Shown: in pieces, positions 18,062-27,467 of the stretch
Layout: every line of letters begins with the position of its first letter
Numbering within the stretch: position 1 is the first letter of the stretch
Assembly (NCBI GenBank): GCA_020635655.1
Contig: JACJZI010000007.1
Coordinates: forward strand, 78,323 to 142,322
DNA length: 64,000 nucleotides
Source: Flavobacteriales bacterium
Lineage (GTDB): Bacteria > Bacteroidota > Bacteroidia > Flavobacteriales_F > PHOS-HE28
Direction of reading: 5' to 3'
Notes under the pieces: model-generated
The model's input: only the letters and a program-made list of their open reading frames with translations
Told to the model about the DNA's origin: nothing
Database searches by the model: none
Program-made: the position numbers and the translations under genes

Positions 18062-20218
18062 TCATTCCAATGCGAACTCGGATGGATCGACACGTCCGTT
18101 CACCTCGATCTGCGAGACGACATAGGGCTGTTCCATGAGCTGGTGCTCCACGATCAGGTGCGGAAAAAGCACACCGCTCTCGGGCCGCTGGTCCTGGTAG
18201 TCCGTCACCAGGACCATGCCTCTGGGTCCGTAGGTGCGACGCTCCTCATGCCTGATCTTCAGGCCGCTCTCCACGTCGAAATAATCGGTGTACTGCTCGC
18301 CATTGTCCAGGGGCACGATCAGCTTGTACGCCCTTCGGCCATTGATGTCGACAACGCCGCTGAGGACCGGGTGGATATGCCTCTCCTCGTAGTGGATCTC
18401 CGGGAAAGGAGGCGCGGATTGCACCAGGTCCTCCAGTTCCATCTCGATGATCTCGCCACTTCCCTCCGGCGTGGTGCGCCGTGCTCGCTGGCCGTCCAGG
18501 ACCACCTTTTCCTGTGATCTGCCGTCCACGTCCCTGCGGTATGCGAATTTGTCCGGTTCGACATGGACCATGGTGATCGTCACGAGCTTCCCGTCCTGCG
18601 TGCCGGTCATGACCATTTTCACGCTTTTGACCTTTCGGACCGCTTCCTCCCCTCCCAGGGCCTTGATGTACCCATCGACCACGGTCTTCGCGGTCACATC
18701 TGCCGGTATTGGATCGAGCTTGTCGCGGTGGATGTCCCCATCCTCGTCGAATTGGAACACCCGTTGATCGAAGCTCAGCTGGGAAAGACGGTTGTACAGC
18801 ACCTCCTTGTCGCCTACGACCAGGATCGTGGCTTGATCGGGCACCAACAATGCACGGGCTGCGTGCAACACCCCGCTCACGGTGACCGTGTCCAATCGTT
18901 CCAGATAATGGGAATAGAAATCCTCGGGCAGGTTGTTCAGGTAGGTATTCAGGGCGAACCGGGCGATGGTGCGCGGATCCTCGAGCGAACGCGCGAAACT
19001 GCCCGCCATGTAGTTCTTCGCGAGCTGCAGTTCCTCCTTGGACACACCCGTCAGCGTCATGCGTTCGATCTCGAACATGGCTTCGGTGATCGCGCTGTCG
19101 GTGACGGGTGTACGAACGCTGGCCCCGGCGCTGAAACTGCCGCAATACCGGTCCGAGTTCAAGCTGGAATAGGCCCCATAGGTGTACCCCTTGTCCTCGC
19201 GCAGGTTCTGCATCAAGCGGGCATTGAAGACCCCGCCCCCCAGGATCGTGTTCATGACCTGGGCGTCGATGGCGATGTCATCGCCGGGTTTCAATTGCAC
19301 CGGGAACACCACACGGAACACCGATTGTGGAGCGTCGGGGCGATCGACCAATGCGACACGACGCGTTCGGAAGGGTTGTGGCTGCTTCCTCGGGTACCTC
19401 ACGCTCCCAAGCCCCTCCACCACCTCGTTGCCGTCCTTGTCCGCAATGGTTCCCAGTGCCTGGTCCCTCCAACTTCCGAATGCGCGTTCCGCGAGGTAAC
19501 GGGCGTGTTTCTCATTGATATCCCCCACGAACACCACGTATCCCTTGTCAGCACGGAAGAACCGATCATGATACCCTTGGATCTCCTTCCGCTCGACGTT
19601 CGAAATGGTCTTCTCCGAGGTGATCTCGCCATAGGGATAGCCTCGCGTGAACGTGAGCACGTGCCCCACTTCGCTGGCGATGGCATCCGGATCATCATGC
19701 CGGCTTCGTACCTCCGAGATCATCCGCTTTTTGACCCGGTCGATCTCCGATCCCGCGAAAGTGGGCCTGCGGACCACGTCACTGACCACTGTCATCAGTG
19801 TATCCAGGTCCTTCGTCAGACAGCTCGCATACACACCGTCACTACTGGTGGAGAGCTTTCCCCCGATGCCATCCACGAGCGCATCGATCTGTTGCTTGGT
19901 GCGTCTGCCCGCTCCCGCCGCCAAAAGCTCCCCGGTCATGTCGGTCAGCCCCGCCATCGGGCCTTGCAGGAAGATCGGGATGTCGAACTTGACCTGGACG
20001 CTTACCAGGGGCAACTTGTGGTTCTCGACCAGGATCACACGCATGCCGTTGCCGAGCACGAAAGTGGCATGATCGCCCAAGCGTACTTCCGGTGCGGGAC
20101 CGGGTTCCGGGGCCTTGGAGCGGTCGATCTGAGCATCCATCATTGCAGGTGACAGGAGCGTAATGGCCAGGAGCGTGCGGGATGATGTCCTGCAAAGGGT
20201 TCGGTGCATGTCCATCAC
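18062..20218 (-). CDS. M16 family peptidase, non-catalytic subunit type, with about 240-aa C-terminal extension
   Basis: 718-aa ORF with a signal peptide. Shows M16 fold similarity but has no HxxEH motif. An extra C-terminal domain follows about aa 480. Its start overlaps the stop of the upstream M16 gene (ATGA). Confidence 0.82.
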   Translation of the reverse strand: MMDMHRTLCRTSSRTLLAITLLSPAMMDAQIDRSKAPEPGPAPEVRLGDHATFVLGNGMRVILVENHKLPLVSVQVKFDIPIFLQGPMAGLTDMTGELLAAGAGRRTKQQIDALVDGIGGKLSTSSDGVYASCLTKDLDTLMTVVSDVVRRPTFAGSEIDRVKKRMISEVRSRHDDPDAIASEVGHVLTFTRGYPYGEITSEKTISNVERKEIQGYHDRFFRADKGYVVFVGDINEKHARYLAERAFGSWRDQALGTIADKDGNEVVEGLGSVRYPRKQPQPFRTRRVALVDRPDAPQSVFRVVFPVQLKPGDDIAIDAQVMNTILGGGVFNARLMQNLREDKGYTYGAYSSLNSDRYCGSFSAGASVRTPVTDSAITEAMFEIERMTLTGVSKEELQLAKNYMAGSFARSLEDPRTIARFALNTYLNNLPEDFYSHYLERLDTVTVSGVLHAARALLVPDQATILVVGDKEVLYNRLSQLSFDQRVFQFDEDGDIHRDKLDPIPADVTAKTVVDGYIKALGGEEAVRKVKSVKMVMTGTQDGKLVTITMVHVEPDKFAYRRDVDGRSQEKVVLDGQRARRTTPEGSGEIIEMELEDLVQSAPPFPEIHYEERHIHPVLSGVVDINGRRAYKLIVPLDNGEQYTDYFDVESGLKIRHEERRTYGPRGMVLVTDYQDQRPESGVLFPHLIVEHQLMEQPYVVSQIEVNGRVDPSEFALE

Positions 20219-21534
20219 TGCTGCTGGTTCTTGGGAAGGTAGTGCAACACCACCCGGTTCGCGGGAATGAAATACTTCTGCGCGGCGGCCAGCATGTCCT
20301 CAGGGGTTACGGCCATGTACCGGGCGATCTCCTTGTTGACCATGCCGGCATCCCCGAGGAAGGTATAGGCCGATGCCAGATTGCTGGCTATCCCCGCCAT
20401 GCGGCTGTTGTCGGTGACGAACTCGGTCTCGATCTGGGCCCGAAGCCGCTGGACCTCCTTTTCGGAGATCGGTTCCGTCCTGACCCGCTCGAACTCGGCG
20501 TCCATGGCCTTCTCCAGATCCTCGGGGGACACACCGGCATTGGCCACGGCAAAGGCGATCGACAGGCCCGGGTCCTCCAGGGGAAGGGTGAAACTGCCCA
20601 GGTACAAGGCCTTCTGTTGTTCATCCTTCACGCTGCGCTGCAATCGCGACGAGTTGCCCTGGCTCAACAAGCGGTTCAACATGTCCACCGCGTAAAAGTC
20701 CGGGGAACCGTAGGCCGGTATGCGATAGGCTTCCACGACGGCCGGCAATTGGATCTGATCGTAGACCACGTCACGCACCTCTCCGTTCAGCGGCGGTTCG
20801 ACCACCTGCAGCCTTTTGATGTCACTTCCCCTGGGGATCGGTCCGAAATAGGATCCCGCCTCCTTGAGCGCTTTCTTGATGTCCACGTCACCGGCGATCA
20901 CCAGCACGGCGTTGTTCGGCACGTAGTAGCTCTTGTAGAAATCGACGAAATCCTGCGCATTGGCCGCGTTCAGGTCCTCCATGAACCCGATGGTCGGCCA
21001 GCGGTAGGGATGCTCCTTGTAGGCCCGCTTGAGGACCTCGATCAATATGCTCCCGTAAGGCTGGTTCTCGTAACGTTGTCTCCGCTCCTCCTTCACCACC
21101 TCCCGTTGCGTGTCGATCCCTTTCTGGTCCACACGTGCGTGCATCATCCGCTCGCTCTCCAGCCAGAGCCCCAGGTCCAGTTGATTGGACGGGAGCACCT
21201 CGTAGTAATAGGTGCGGTCCCCCGTGGTGTTGGCGTTCAGGACACCACCCGCCCTCTCGACGTACTTGCTGAACTCGCCTCTGGCGATGTTGTCGGAACC
21301 TTCGAACAACAGATGTTCGAAGAAATGCGCGAACCCGCGCCGATCCGGGGTCTCGTTCTTGCTTCCAACGTGGTACATGACGCCGACAGCGACGATGGGC
21401 GTGCTATGGTCCTGATGCACGATCACATGCAAGCCGTTCTTCAGGTCGAATTCCTGGAATTCGACGTCGCGCATCTGTGCCTGCGTGGCGATCGTGGTCA
21501 TGACCGTGGCAAGGGATAGGATGGGTTTCCTCAT
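20215..21534 (-). CDS. M16 family zinc peptidase (pitrilysin-like), catalytic subunit
   Basis: Inverted zinc motif HFFEH occurs in GFAHFFEHLLFEGS. Start set at ATG 21534 (MRKPILSLATVMTTIATQAQ signal peptide). A TAGTTTTG -7 box lies 30 nt upstream. Confidence 0.9.
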   Translation of the reverse strand: MRKPILSLATVMTTIATQAQMRDVEFQEFDLKNGLHVIVHQDHSTPIVAVGVMYHVGSKNETPDRRGFAHFFEHLLFEGSDNIARGEFSKYVERAGGVLNANTTGDRTYYYEVLPSNQLDLGLWLESERMMHARVDQKGIDTQREVVKEERRQRYENQPYGSILIEVLKRAYKEHPYRWPTIGFMEDLNAANAQDFVDFYKSYYVPNNAVLVIAGDVDIKKALKEAGSYFGPIPRGSDIKRLQVVEPPLNGEVRDVVYDQIQLPAVVEAYRIPAYGSPDFYAVDMLNRLLSQGNSSRLQRSVKDEQQKALYLGSFTLPLEDPGLSIAFAVANAGVSPEDLEKAMDAEFERVRTEPISEKEVQRLRAQIETEFVTDNSRMAGIASNLASAYTFLGDAGMVNKEIARYMAVTPEDMLAAAQKYFIPANRVVLHYLPKNQQQ

Positions 21535-21564
21535 AACGTATGGGGCCACCGGTGGGGCGGGGCG

Positions 21565-21572
21565 CAAAACTA
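21565..21572 (-). promoter_or_regulatory. Bacteroidota -7 promoter box (TAGTTTTG) for the M16 peptidase operon
   Basis: Exact TAnnTTTG match on the minus strand, 30 nt upstream of ATG 21534. Confidence 0.5.
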
Positions 21573-21625
21573 GCGATACTCGGCACCGCGGCGGGGCGTA
21601 TCCGCGTGCGTATTTTGGTGATCCC

Positions 21626-22735
21626 ATGGTCAGATCCCCGTTGCGCCCCTTGGAGGCACATGTCCGATGGCGGGTGCTCTTCTATGCCCGCGCATGGTCC
21701 GGGCCGGCCCTGGCAGCCTTGGCGCTCCTCTCGAACGGCTTCTGGTGCTGGGGGCTGCCCTTCTTCGGTTTCGTGGTGGTACCCCTGGTGGAGGCCTTTG
21801 TCCGGCCGGACCGCTCGGGGTTGACCCAGCAAGAGATAAGCGTCGCGCTGAAGGAACCGCTCTTCGACATGCTGCTCTACTTCATGGTGCCGATGTTCTG
21901 GGGGCTCACATTCTGGTTCGCCTGGAGGATCACCCGACCCGACCAACCGGTCCTGGACAGCATTGGTCGTGTACTGACCATGGGCGCCCTTTGCGGGATC
22001 TATGGGATCAACGTGGCGCACGAACTGGGTCATCGGTCGGCCCGGGCCGAAAGGGTGCTGGCCTGGATGCTGCTGGTCCCCTCGCTCTACACACACTTCA
22101 TCGTCGAGCACAATCACGGGCACCATCGGTACGTGGCCACAGCACGCGACCCCGCCAGCGCGCGATATGGCGAGCCTCTCCCCGCCTTCTGGCTCCGCAG
22201 CATCCTGGGATCCTTTCGCTCGGCCTGGTCGATCGAACGGGAACGCCTTGCCAAAAGCGGGACCGGACCATGGACGATGCGGAACGCGGTCCTGATGGGC
22301 CTGGTGCTGCAAGGCATCTACCTGTGCACCATCCTCCTGCTGTTCGGTCCGCTCGCACTGGTGGCGGTCGTGGCAGAAGCGATGTTGGGCATCCTGCTCC
22401 TGGAGACCATCAATTACATCGAACATTACGGACTGCGACGTGCGATACGGCCGGACGGTGGATCCGTTCGGGTCCAACACGTGCACTCCTGGAACAGCGA
22501 CCACGTGCTGGGGAGGGCGCTGCTCTTCGAATTGACCCGCCACAGTGACCACCATTACAAGGCCAGCTTGAAGTATCAGGCATTGAACAGCCCGGCGAAC
22601 GCACCGGAACTTCCGGCCGGTTATCCGGCCATGGTGCTTCTGGCGCTGATCCCGCCGCTCTGGCGACGTGTGATGGATCCCCGGGTCCGGGCCGTCGTCG
22701 CGCGCGATCCGTCCTGCGTGCTGGCCATTCCCTGA
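21626..22735 (+). CDS. alkB: alkane 1-monooxygenase / AlkB-type integral-membrane di-iron hydroxylase
   Basis: His boxes HELGHR, EHNHGHH, NYIEHYG and LTRHSDHH. Several hydrophobic segments. Start set at ATG 21626. Confidence 0.85.
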   Translation: MVRSPLRPLEAHVRWRVLFYARAWSGPALAALALLSNGFWCWGLPFFGFVVVPLVEAFVRPDRSGLTQQEISVALKEPLFDMLLYFMVPMFWGLTFWFAWRITRPDQPVLDSIGRVLTMGALCGIYGINVAHELGHRSARAERVLAWMLLVPSLYTHFIVEHNHGHHRYVATARDPASARYGEPLPAFWLRSILGSFRSAWSIERERLAKSGTGPWTMRNAVLMGLVLQGIYLCTILLLFGPLALVAVVAEAMLGILLLETINYIEHYGLRRAIRPDGGSVRVQHVHSWNSDHVLGRALLFELTRHSDHHYKASLKYQALNSPANAPELPAGYPAMVLLALIPPLWRRVMDPRVRAVVARDPSCVLAIP

Positions 22736-22760
22736 TGGGTTCAGCTAATTTGGGCGCGCC

Positions 22761-23051
22761 ATGATGGGTGAATGGGTCCGATGCAGCGAGCAACTGCCCG
22801 AGGACGGGCAGAGGGTCCTGTGCTGGTTGCCGCGCAATACGGTCCACCTGCCCGGCAGGTCAGGAGAAACGGAGGAACGACACGTGGTCATTCTCAAGTT
22901 CCATCGGGACTTCTTCCTCAAGAACCCCAGCAAGACCGGCAAGGCGGTAGGCGCGCACTTCTGGACCGGTGAGGGCACCAGCAACCACTTCTTCCCGGAT
23001 GTCACGCACTGGCGTCCCTTGCCCGGGCCGCCCGCCGATCACTTGCCCTGA
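22761..23051 (+). CDS. small DUF551-like protein
   Basis: 96-aa ORF with GC3-rich codons. The segments WVRCSEQLPEDGQRVLCW...VTHWRPLPGPP resemble the DUF551 pattern (W...LP...THW.PLP). The 3' end overlaps the convergent FKBP gene by 13 nt. Confidence 0.5.
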   Translation: MMGEWVRCSEQLPEDGQRVLCWLPRNTVHLPGRSGETEERHVVILKFHRDFFLKNPSKTGKAVGAHFWTGEGTSNHFFPDVTHWRPLPGPPADHLP

Positions 23052-23773
23052 TCCGCTGCGGGACCACCCACCTTGAGCAACTCGACCTCGAAGACGAGCA
23101 CGCTGTTCGGGGGCAACTTGCCACCGGGCCCCTTGGAATTGCCATAGGCAAGGCCGGATGGGATGTAGAGCTTCCACCGCGAGCCTTCGGGCATCATCAT
23201 CAGCGCTTCGGTCCAGCCCGGTATCACGTTCGAAACCCCGAACGTGGCGGGCTCACCGCGCTTGTAGGAACTATCGAACTCGGTGCCGTCGATCAGTGTC
23301 CCCTTGTAGTTCACGGTCACCTTGTCATCCGCCTTGGGTTTCGGACCCGTGCCCATCTGCAGGACCTCGTACTGAAGGCCGCTTTCGGTGGTCGTCACGC
23401 CCTGCTTCTTGCCGTTCTCGGCCAGCCAGGCCTCACCTTTGCGCAGGTTCGCCTCACCGGCCTCCTGCTCCTTGGCCATCACCTTTTTCTGCGCTGCGAT
23501 CATGTATGCCTGGATCAATGGACGGACCGCCTCCATGTCGAAGCGCTCGGTGCTGTCCAGTCCATCACGGATACCCATTGCCATTGCATCGACGTTGAGC
23601 GAATCAAGTCCCGATGACCGCATGTTGTGACCGATATCGGTACCGATGCCATAGCTCACCGAATCCACATTGTCCTGGAGTTGGGTGGATCGTTCCTTCT
23701 GACCAGTGACCTGGTTGGTGCAGGCGGAAACGAGGATGGCGAGAAGGGCCAGAAAGGTGGTTCGTACAGGCAT
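23039..23773 (-). CDS. FKBP-type peptidyl-prolyl cis-trans isomerase (FkpA/Mip-like lipoprotein)
   Basis: Start at ATG 23773 (MPVRTTFLALLAILVSAC lipobox). Has an N-terminal dimerisation helix region. FKBP core reads GLQYEVLQMGTG...VTVNYKGTLIDGTEFDSSY...VIPGWTEAL...LVFEVELL. Confidence 0.9.
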   Translation of the reverse strand: MPVRTTFLALLAILVSACTNQVTGQKERSTQLQDNVDSVSYGIGTDIGHNMRSSGLDSLNVDAMAMGIRDGLDSTERFDMEAVRPLIQAYMIAAQKKVMAKEQEAGEANLRKGEAWLAENGKKQGVTTTESGLQYEVLQMGTGPKPKADDKVTVNYKGTLIDGTEFDSSYKRGEPATFGVSNVIPGWTEALMMMPEGSRWKLYIPSGLAYGNSKGPGGKLPPNSVLVFEVELLKVGGPAADQGK

Positions 23774-23799
23774 CGGTTCGAAGTTGGAAGGGCGCGAAG

Positions 23800-24639
23800 T
23801 TAGCTCATCGTGATCTGGTCGTCCCTTTTCCGTTCTTCCGCACGCAGGATCATGCTCAGTTGGCGATGGAAGCGGGCGAACCGTGCCAGATCGCTGTGAT
23901 GCCCCTTCTGGAATGCGATCAACTGGCGTGGCACATCGGCCGGTATGGCGGAATAGAGCCGCAACGCACTGGAGTAGGGAACCACCTGGTCCCGGACGCC
24001 ATGGAAGATGTGCACCGGACAGCGGAGCCGCCCCGCACATGCCGCATTGTCGAAGCGGTATTTCAGCAGAAGGCCGTAGGGCAGATAGGCGAAATAGTGC
24101 CTTGCCACCTCGATCAGGTCGGCGAACGGCGATTCCAGGACGAGTGCCCGTGGCGATCCTTCCGCAGCGACGGGAACGGCCATGGCACTGCCCAGGGACC
24201 TTCCGTACAGGAGGATATCCCGTTCAGGCCACTGCTTCCTGAGATGATCGTACCAGGCCTGGGCGTCCTGGAGCAGGGCCTGTTCGGACAGCCGGCCCCT
24301 GCTCTTGCCATAGCCACGGGGATCGGGCATCAACACATCCCACCCCTGCTTCGTGAACCGCGGGGCCCGCTTCCCCCATCGACGCAGACTGCCCGTGTTT
24401 CCATGGAAATAGAGCACCACGCCGCGCGGCCGATCGACATGGAAGTACAATGCATGCAACTGCGCACCATCGGGCCGATCGAGCAGGACCTCCTCGAATG
24501 CGCCACGGAACTTGAAGCGGTAGTTCCGGTCGACGATGAAACGAACGAAGATCAACCGCTCCTGGATCACATAGTAGACCAGGCACAGCAGCAGATAGAG
24601 CGCCACCAGCAAGCCCAGGATGATCAGGATCGGCACCAT
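23800..24639 (-). CDS. membrane-anchored alpha/beta hydrolase
   Basis: 279-aa ORF with N-terminal TM helix. Contains HGNTGS and the nucleophile elbow GRSLG, with a downstream Asp/His region. Confidence 0.85.
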   Translation of the reverse strand: MVPILIILGLLVALYLLLCLVYYVIQERLIFVRFIVDRNYRFKFRGAFEEVLLDRPDGAQLHALYFHVDRPRGVVLYFHGNTGSLRRWGKRAPRFTKQGWDVLMPDPRGYGKSRGRLSEQALLQDAQAWYDHLRKQWPERDILLYGRSLGSAMAVPVAAEGSPRALVLESPFADLIEVARHYFAYLPYGLLLKYRFDNAACAGRLRCPVHIFHGVRDQVVPYSSALRLYSAIPADVPRQLIAFQKGHHSDLARFARFHRQLSMILRAEERKRDDQITMS

Positions 24640-24662
24640 GGCCGCGCAAATCTACCCGGACC

Positions 24663-25814
24663 TTACCGCGTTGCGCCGGCTATCGCGGGCTCGACATGGC
24701 CGGCGAGCGCCTCCTTTTCATAGATCTCCCGCGTGCAGCTCGCGCCGTTCTTGAAGTAGAATACGCCTCCCCATTTGTGGACGATCCGTTCGTATTCGGT
24801 CGCCACGCCCCCCTGGGTGAGGGTGATCCGTGTGGTCAGGCTGTTCGGTTCCACCTGGAGCTCCTCATCGCGAACGACCTCCTCCACGATCACGGGTACT
24901 GTTGGGCGTTCCTCCGCCCCCGGATCCGCCCGGGCCGGTCGTACCGGAGAATCCTCGTCACCGGCGGTCGCCTGGTCCACGCGACGCCCGTCCTCTCCGA
25001 CATTGACATCAGCGGTCAGGCCATTGTGCGCCACCATCCTTGGCGAAGGGGCCCGTGCGGGTTTCTCCGCCTCTTTGACGGGAGGCTTTGGGGGCGGTAC
25101 CGCTTGTTCATCCTTGACCGCCTCCGCCTGGGCAGCTTCCGCCTCCTGGCGCGCTTGCTCGGCCTTGCGCTCCTGCTCCTTGCGCGCCGCTTCCGCGCGA
25201 TCGGCCTCTTCACGGGCCCGCTCCTCCGCCTGTTTCCTGGCCTCCGCCTCCGCCTTGGCCTGCTGTTTGGCCTCGGCCGCCTGGCGTTTCGCTTCCTCCT
25301 TGGTGTTCTTCTCCTCCTCCTTCTGTTTGTTCGCTACCTGTTCCTGCACGTCCTCCAATTGTGACTGGATCGACTTGGTATAGTCGGTGTCATAGTCGAA
25401 ATCGTCCACGCTCGGCTCATACCGGATGATGCCCACCGGCTGATTGAAGACGACGATGTTGATGTCGTCGTATTGCTTGAAGAGCGAAACGGCGAACTCG
25501 AACGGAACAAAACCGTTCGCAATGGCCTCGGCCGGGGCATGCGTGTCGAACACCAGTTTCTTGGTCACCCAACCCTCCTTCTCGAACGACAGGATGTACT
25601 TATGACCGAAGTCCAGTTCCAGGTCGAACTTGCCCACGCCGTCGGAAAGGGTCCTCTCCTTCTCGCCGTCCTTGTAGACCACGATCCGGGCCCCATCCAT
25701 TCCACCACCCTCGATCTTGGTCCGACCGGTGATGGGAAAGCCGCGCTGTGCTTCTGCCGAGGGCACGAGCGTACATGCGAGCAATGTGGAAAGCAGGAGA
25801 TGGATGGTCCTCAC
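24663..25814 (-). CDS. secreted protein, paralog family member: N-module, charged coil, Pro-rich linker, C-terminal KWG..YFKNG module
   Basis: 383-aa ORF with signal peptide MRTIHLLLSTLLACTLVPSAEAQ. The N-terminal module is homologous to those of the 41954-45796 and 62725-63249 proteins. The C-terminus EYERIVHKWGGVFYFKNG matches EYSKVIAKWGTYYFRNG of the 1280-aa protein. Confidence 0.8.
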   Translation of the reverse strand: MRTIHLLLSTLLACTLVPSAEAQRGFPITGRTKIEGGGMDGARIVVYKDGEKERTLSDGVGKFDLELDFGHKYILSFEKEGWVTKKLVFDTHAPAEAIANGFVPFEFAVSLFKQYDDINIVVFNQPVGIIRYEPSVDDFDYDTDYTKSIQSQLEDVQEQVANKQKEEEKNTKEEAKRQAAEAKQQAKAEAEARKQAEERAREEADRAEAARKEQERKAEQARQEAEAAQAEAVKDEQAVPPPKPPVKEAEKPARAPSPRMVAHNGLTADVNVGEDGRRVDQATAGDEDSPVRPARADPGAEERPTVPVIVEEVVRDEELQVEPNSLTTRITLTQGGVATEYERIVHKWGGVFYFKNGASCTREIYEKEALAGHVEPAIAGATR

Positions 25815-25892
25815 GGTCGTGCGATCCCGGTCCCCACTGTCGGGAACCTCCGATCGTGTCCTACGTATGAACGGCCCCTAAGGTTCCCCTCC

Positions 25893-26369
25893 ATGAAAAC
25901 GCTGACCGCAATGATCGGTACCCTGACGATCTCCCTGGTATTCGCCAATAGCGGGTTCGGCCAGGACCGCACCAAGGACCTGGCGGTGTTGAACGACCTC
26001 TACGCCGGGTCCGTGAAGTTCCGGATCGATCGAGATGACCGGCTCATCGCGGACCTGTTCGACGACAGCGGTCATTTCCGTGAGGATGCGGTATACATCG
26101 AGTTCCTGGACCCGGACCTGTTCGCCTTCAGCCCGGAGGAGAACGCGGTGGTCCTGAAGTGCAGGGACGACCAGGGGCAATGCATCGAGAAGGAGGTCTT
26201 CAAGTTGAACGTCATCCGCCGCACCGGACGAAGTGCCCTTCCCGCGCCGGCGGACGACGCCTCGGGGCGGAAGGCCATCGCATTGCTGCAACAACTGGTG
26301 CGCGGCGTGCAGCTGGCCCGAACAAGCGAGACCGATGAAACCCGTGCACGTCCAAACCGTAACAAGTGA
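25893..26369 (+). CDS. secreted hypothetical protein
   Basis: Real part of ORF 25473-26369 starts at ATG 25893 (MKTLTAMIGTLTISLVFANSGFGQ signal peptide). GC3-rich. No family recognised. Confidence 0.6.
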   Translation: MKTLTAMIGTLTISLVFANSGFGQDRTKDLAVLNDLYAGSVKFRIDRDDRLIADLFDDSGHFREDAVYIEFLDPDLFAFSPEENAVVLKCRDDQGQCIEKEVFKLNVIRRTGRSALPAPADDASGRKAIALLQQLVRGVQLARTSETDETRARPNRNK

Positions 26370-26392
26370 TCACTCCAGAACCAATGACCGCG

Positions 26393-26926
26393 ATGAAGCA
26401 CATTTGGACGATCCTGCTCGCACTCCCGGCGACCATGCTCCATGCCCAGGACCTGGCCAGTGCCGCCAGGGGGGACGGTACCATGGATAGGACCTATGCC
26501 GAGGCCGAGAAGGCCTATCAACAGACCGAGTATGCCAAGGCGATCGAGCTCTACGGGCAGGTCCTGGCCATGGACCCCGACAACCTGAACGCCTTTCTGC
26601 ATCGCGGGTTCTGCCACAGCCTGAACAAGGACTACGAACTGGCCATCGCGGATTTCAGCTCGGTGATCGCCCGGAAACCTGACCATCTCTGGGCCTACAC
26701 GAGCCGCGGCAGTGCGTACAACAAGTTGAAGAAGTACGACAAAGCGGTCCAGGACTTCGACACGGTCCTCAGCCTGGACCCGAAGAACCAGGAGGCCTAC
26801 AACAACCGTGGCTGGTCGAAGAAGGGGCTTGGGGACCCCAAGGGCGCCTGCAAGGACTGGAAGGCCAGCCAACGCATGGGCAATGCCGAGGCCAAGATCA
26901 TCCTGAACAACAACCGATGCAAATGA
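26393..26926 (+). CDS. secreted TPR repeat protein
   Basis: Start set at ATG 26393 (MKHIWTILLALPATMLHAQ); earlier GTG 26366 and ATG 26384 are possible. Three to four TPR units are present (YAKAIELYGQVLAMDPDN..., YELAIADFSSVIARKPDH..., YDKAVQDFDTVLSLDPKN...). Confidence 0.8.
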   Translation: MKHIWTILLALPATMLHAQDLASAARGDGTMDRTYAEAEKAYQQTEYAKAIELYGQVLAMDPDNLNAFLHRGFCHSLNKDYELAIADFSSVIARKPDHLWAYTSRGSAYNKLKKYDKAVQDFDTVLSLDPKNQEAYNNRGWSKKGLGDPKGACKDWKASQRMGNAEAKIILNNNRCK

Positions 26927-27330
26927 GCCGCACGATCCTCCTGATCACCCTCTCCCTCCTGCTGACCGCCCGGTCACACGCCCAGGACCGCGAAGCATCG
27001 AGTTGTGTGATGAAGACACGCTCGACGTGGGGGCAGCCCTGCGAGAAGTGCGAGTATTACAAGGAGGGCTACAAACGTGACTTTTCCGGCACCTACCAGA
27101 TCACGCTGAAGAACATCTGCAGCGAGTTCGTGGAGGTCAAGGTGGCCGTGCAGGAAACGAACGGCAGTTGGCGGACGTTCCCCGTGCACGCACTCGGACC
27201 CGATGAGGAGATGGAGGCCTTTGCCTGTCACGGTTCGGGCAAGTACCTCTACTGGGTGCGCCGATTGAACGACACGGAGATCATCCTGCCGACCGACCAG
27301 GAGATCCTGACCGAGTACCGCGACCGATAG
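26917..27330 (+). CDS. secreted Cys-containing hypothetical protein
   Basis: 137-aa ORF with signal peptide MQMSRTILLITLSLLLTARSHAQ and six Cys in the mature part. Overlaps the preceding gene by 10 nt. Confidence 0.6.
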   Translation: MQMSRTILLITLSLLLTARSHAQDREASSCVMKTRSTWGQPCEKCEYYKEGYKRDFSGTYQITLKNICSEFVEVKVAVQETNGSWRTFPVHALGPDEEMEAFACHGSGKYLYWVRRLNDTEIILPTDQEILTEYRDR

Positions 27331-27467
27331 GACCCACCCCCGTCCCGGCACGAGCGGTGTGCCGCCATCCGGGTTCACACCCGTTTGTTGATGAAGGGCC
27401 ACAAGCTGATGCGAAAAGCATCGATGGGTCGCTCTAGTTTCGTCCACCATTCCGATGGCGATCCGCC

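Noticed and set aside
22761-23051. DUF551-like ORF considered as evidence of a prophage remnant.
   Set aside because: It is a single small gene with host-like GC3 usage. No other phage, integrase or repeat features are in the surrounding 10 kb.
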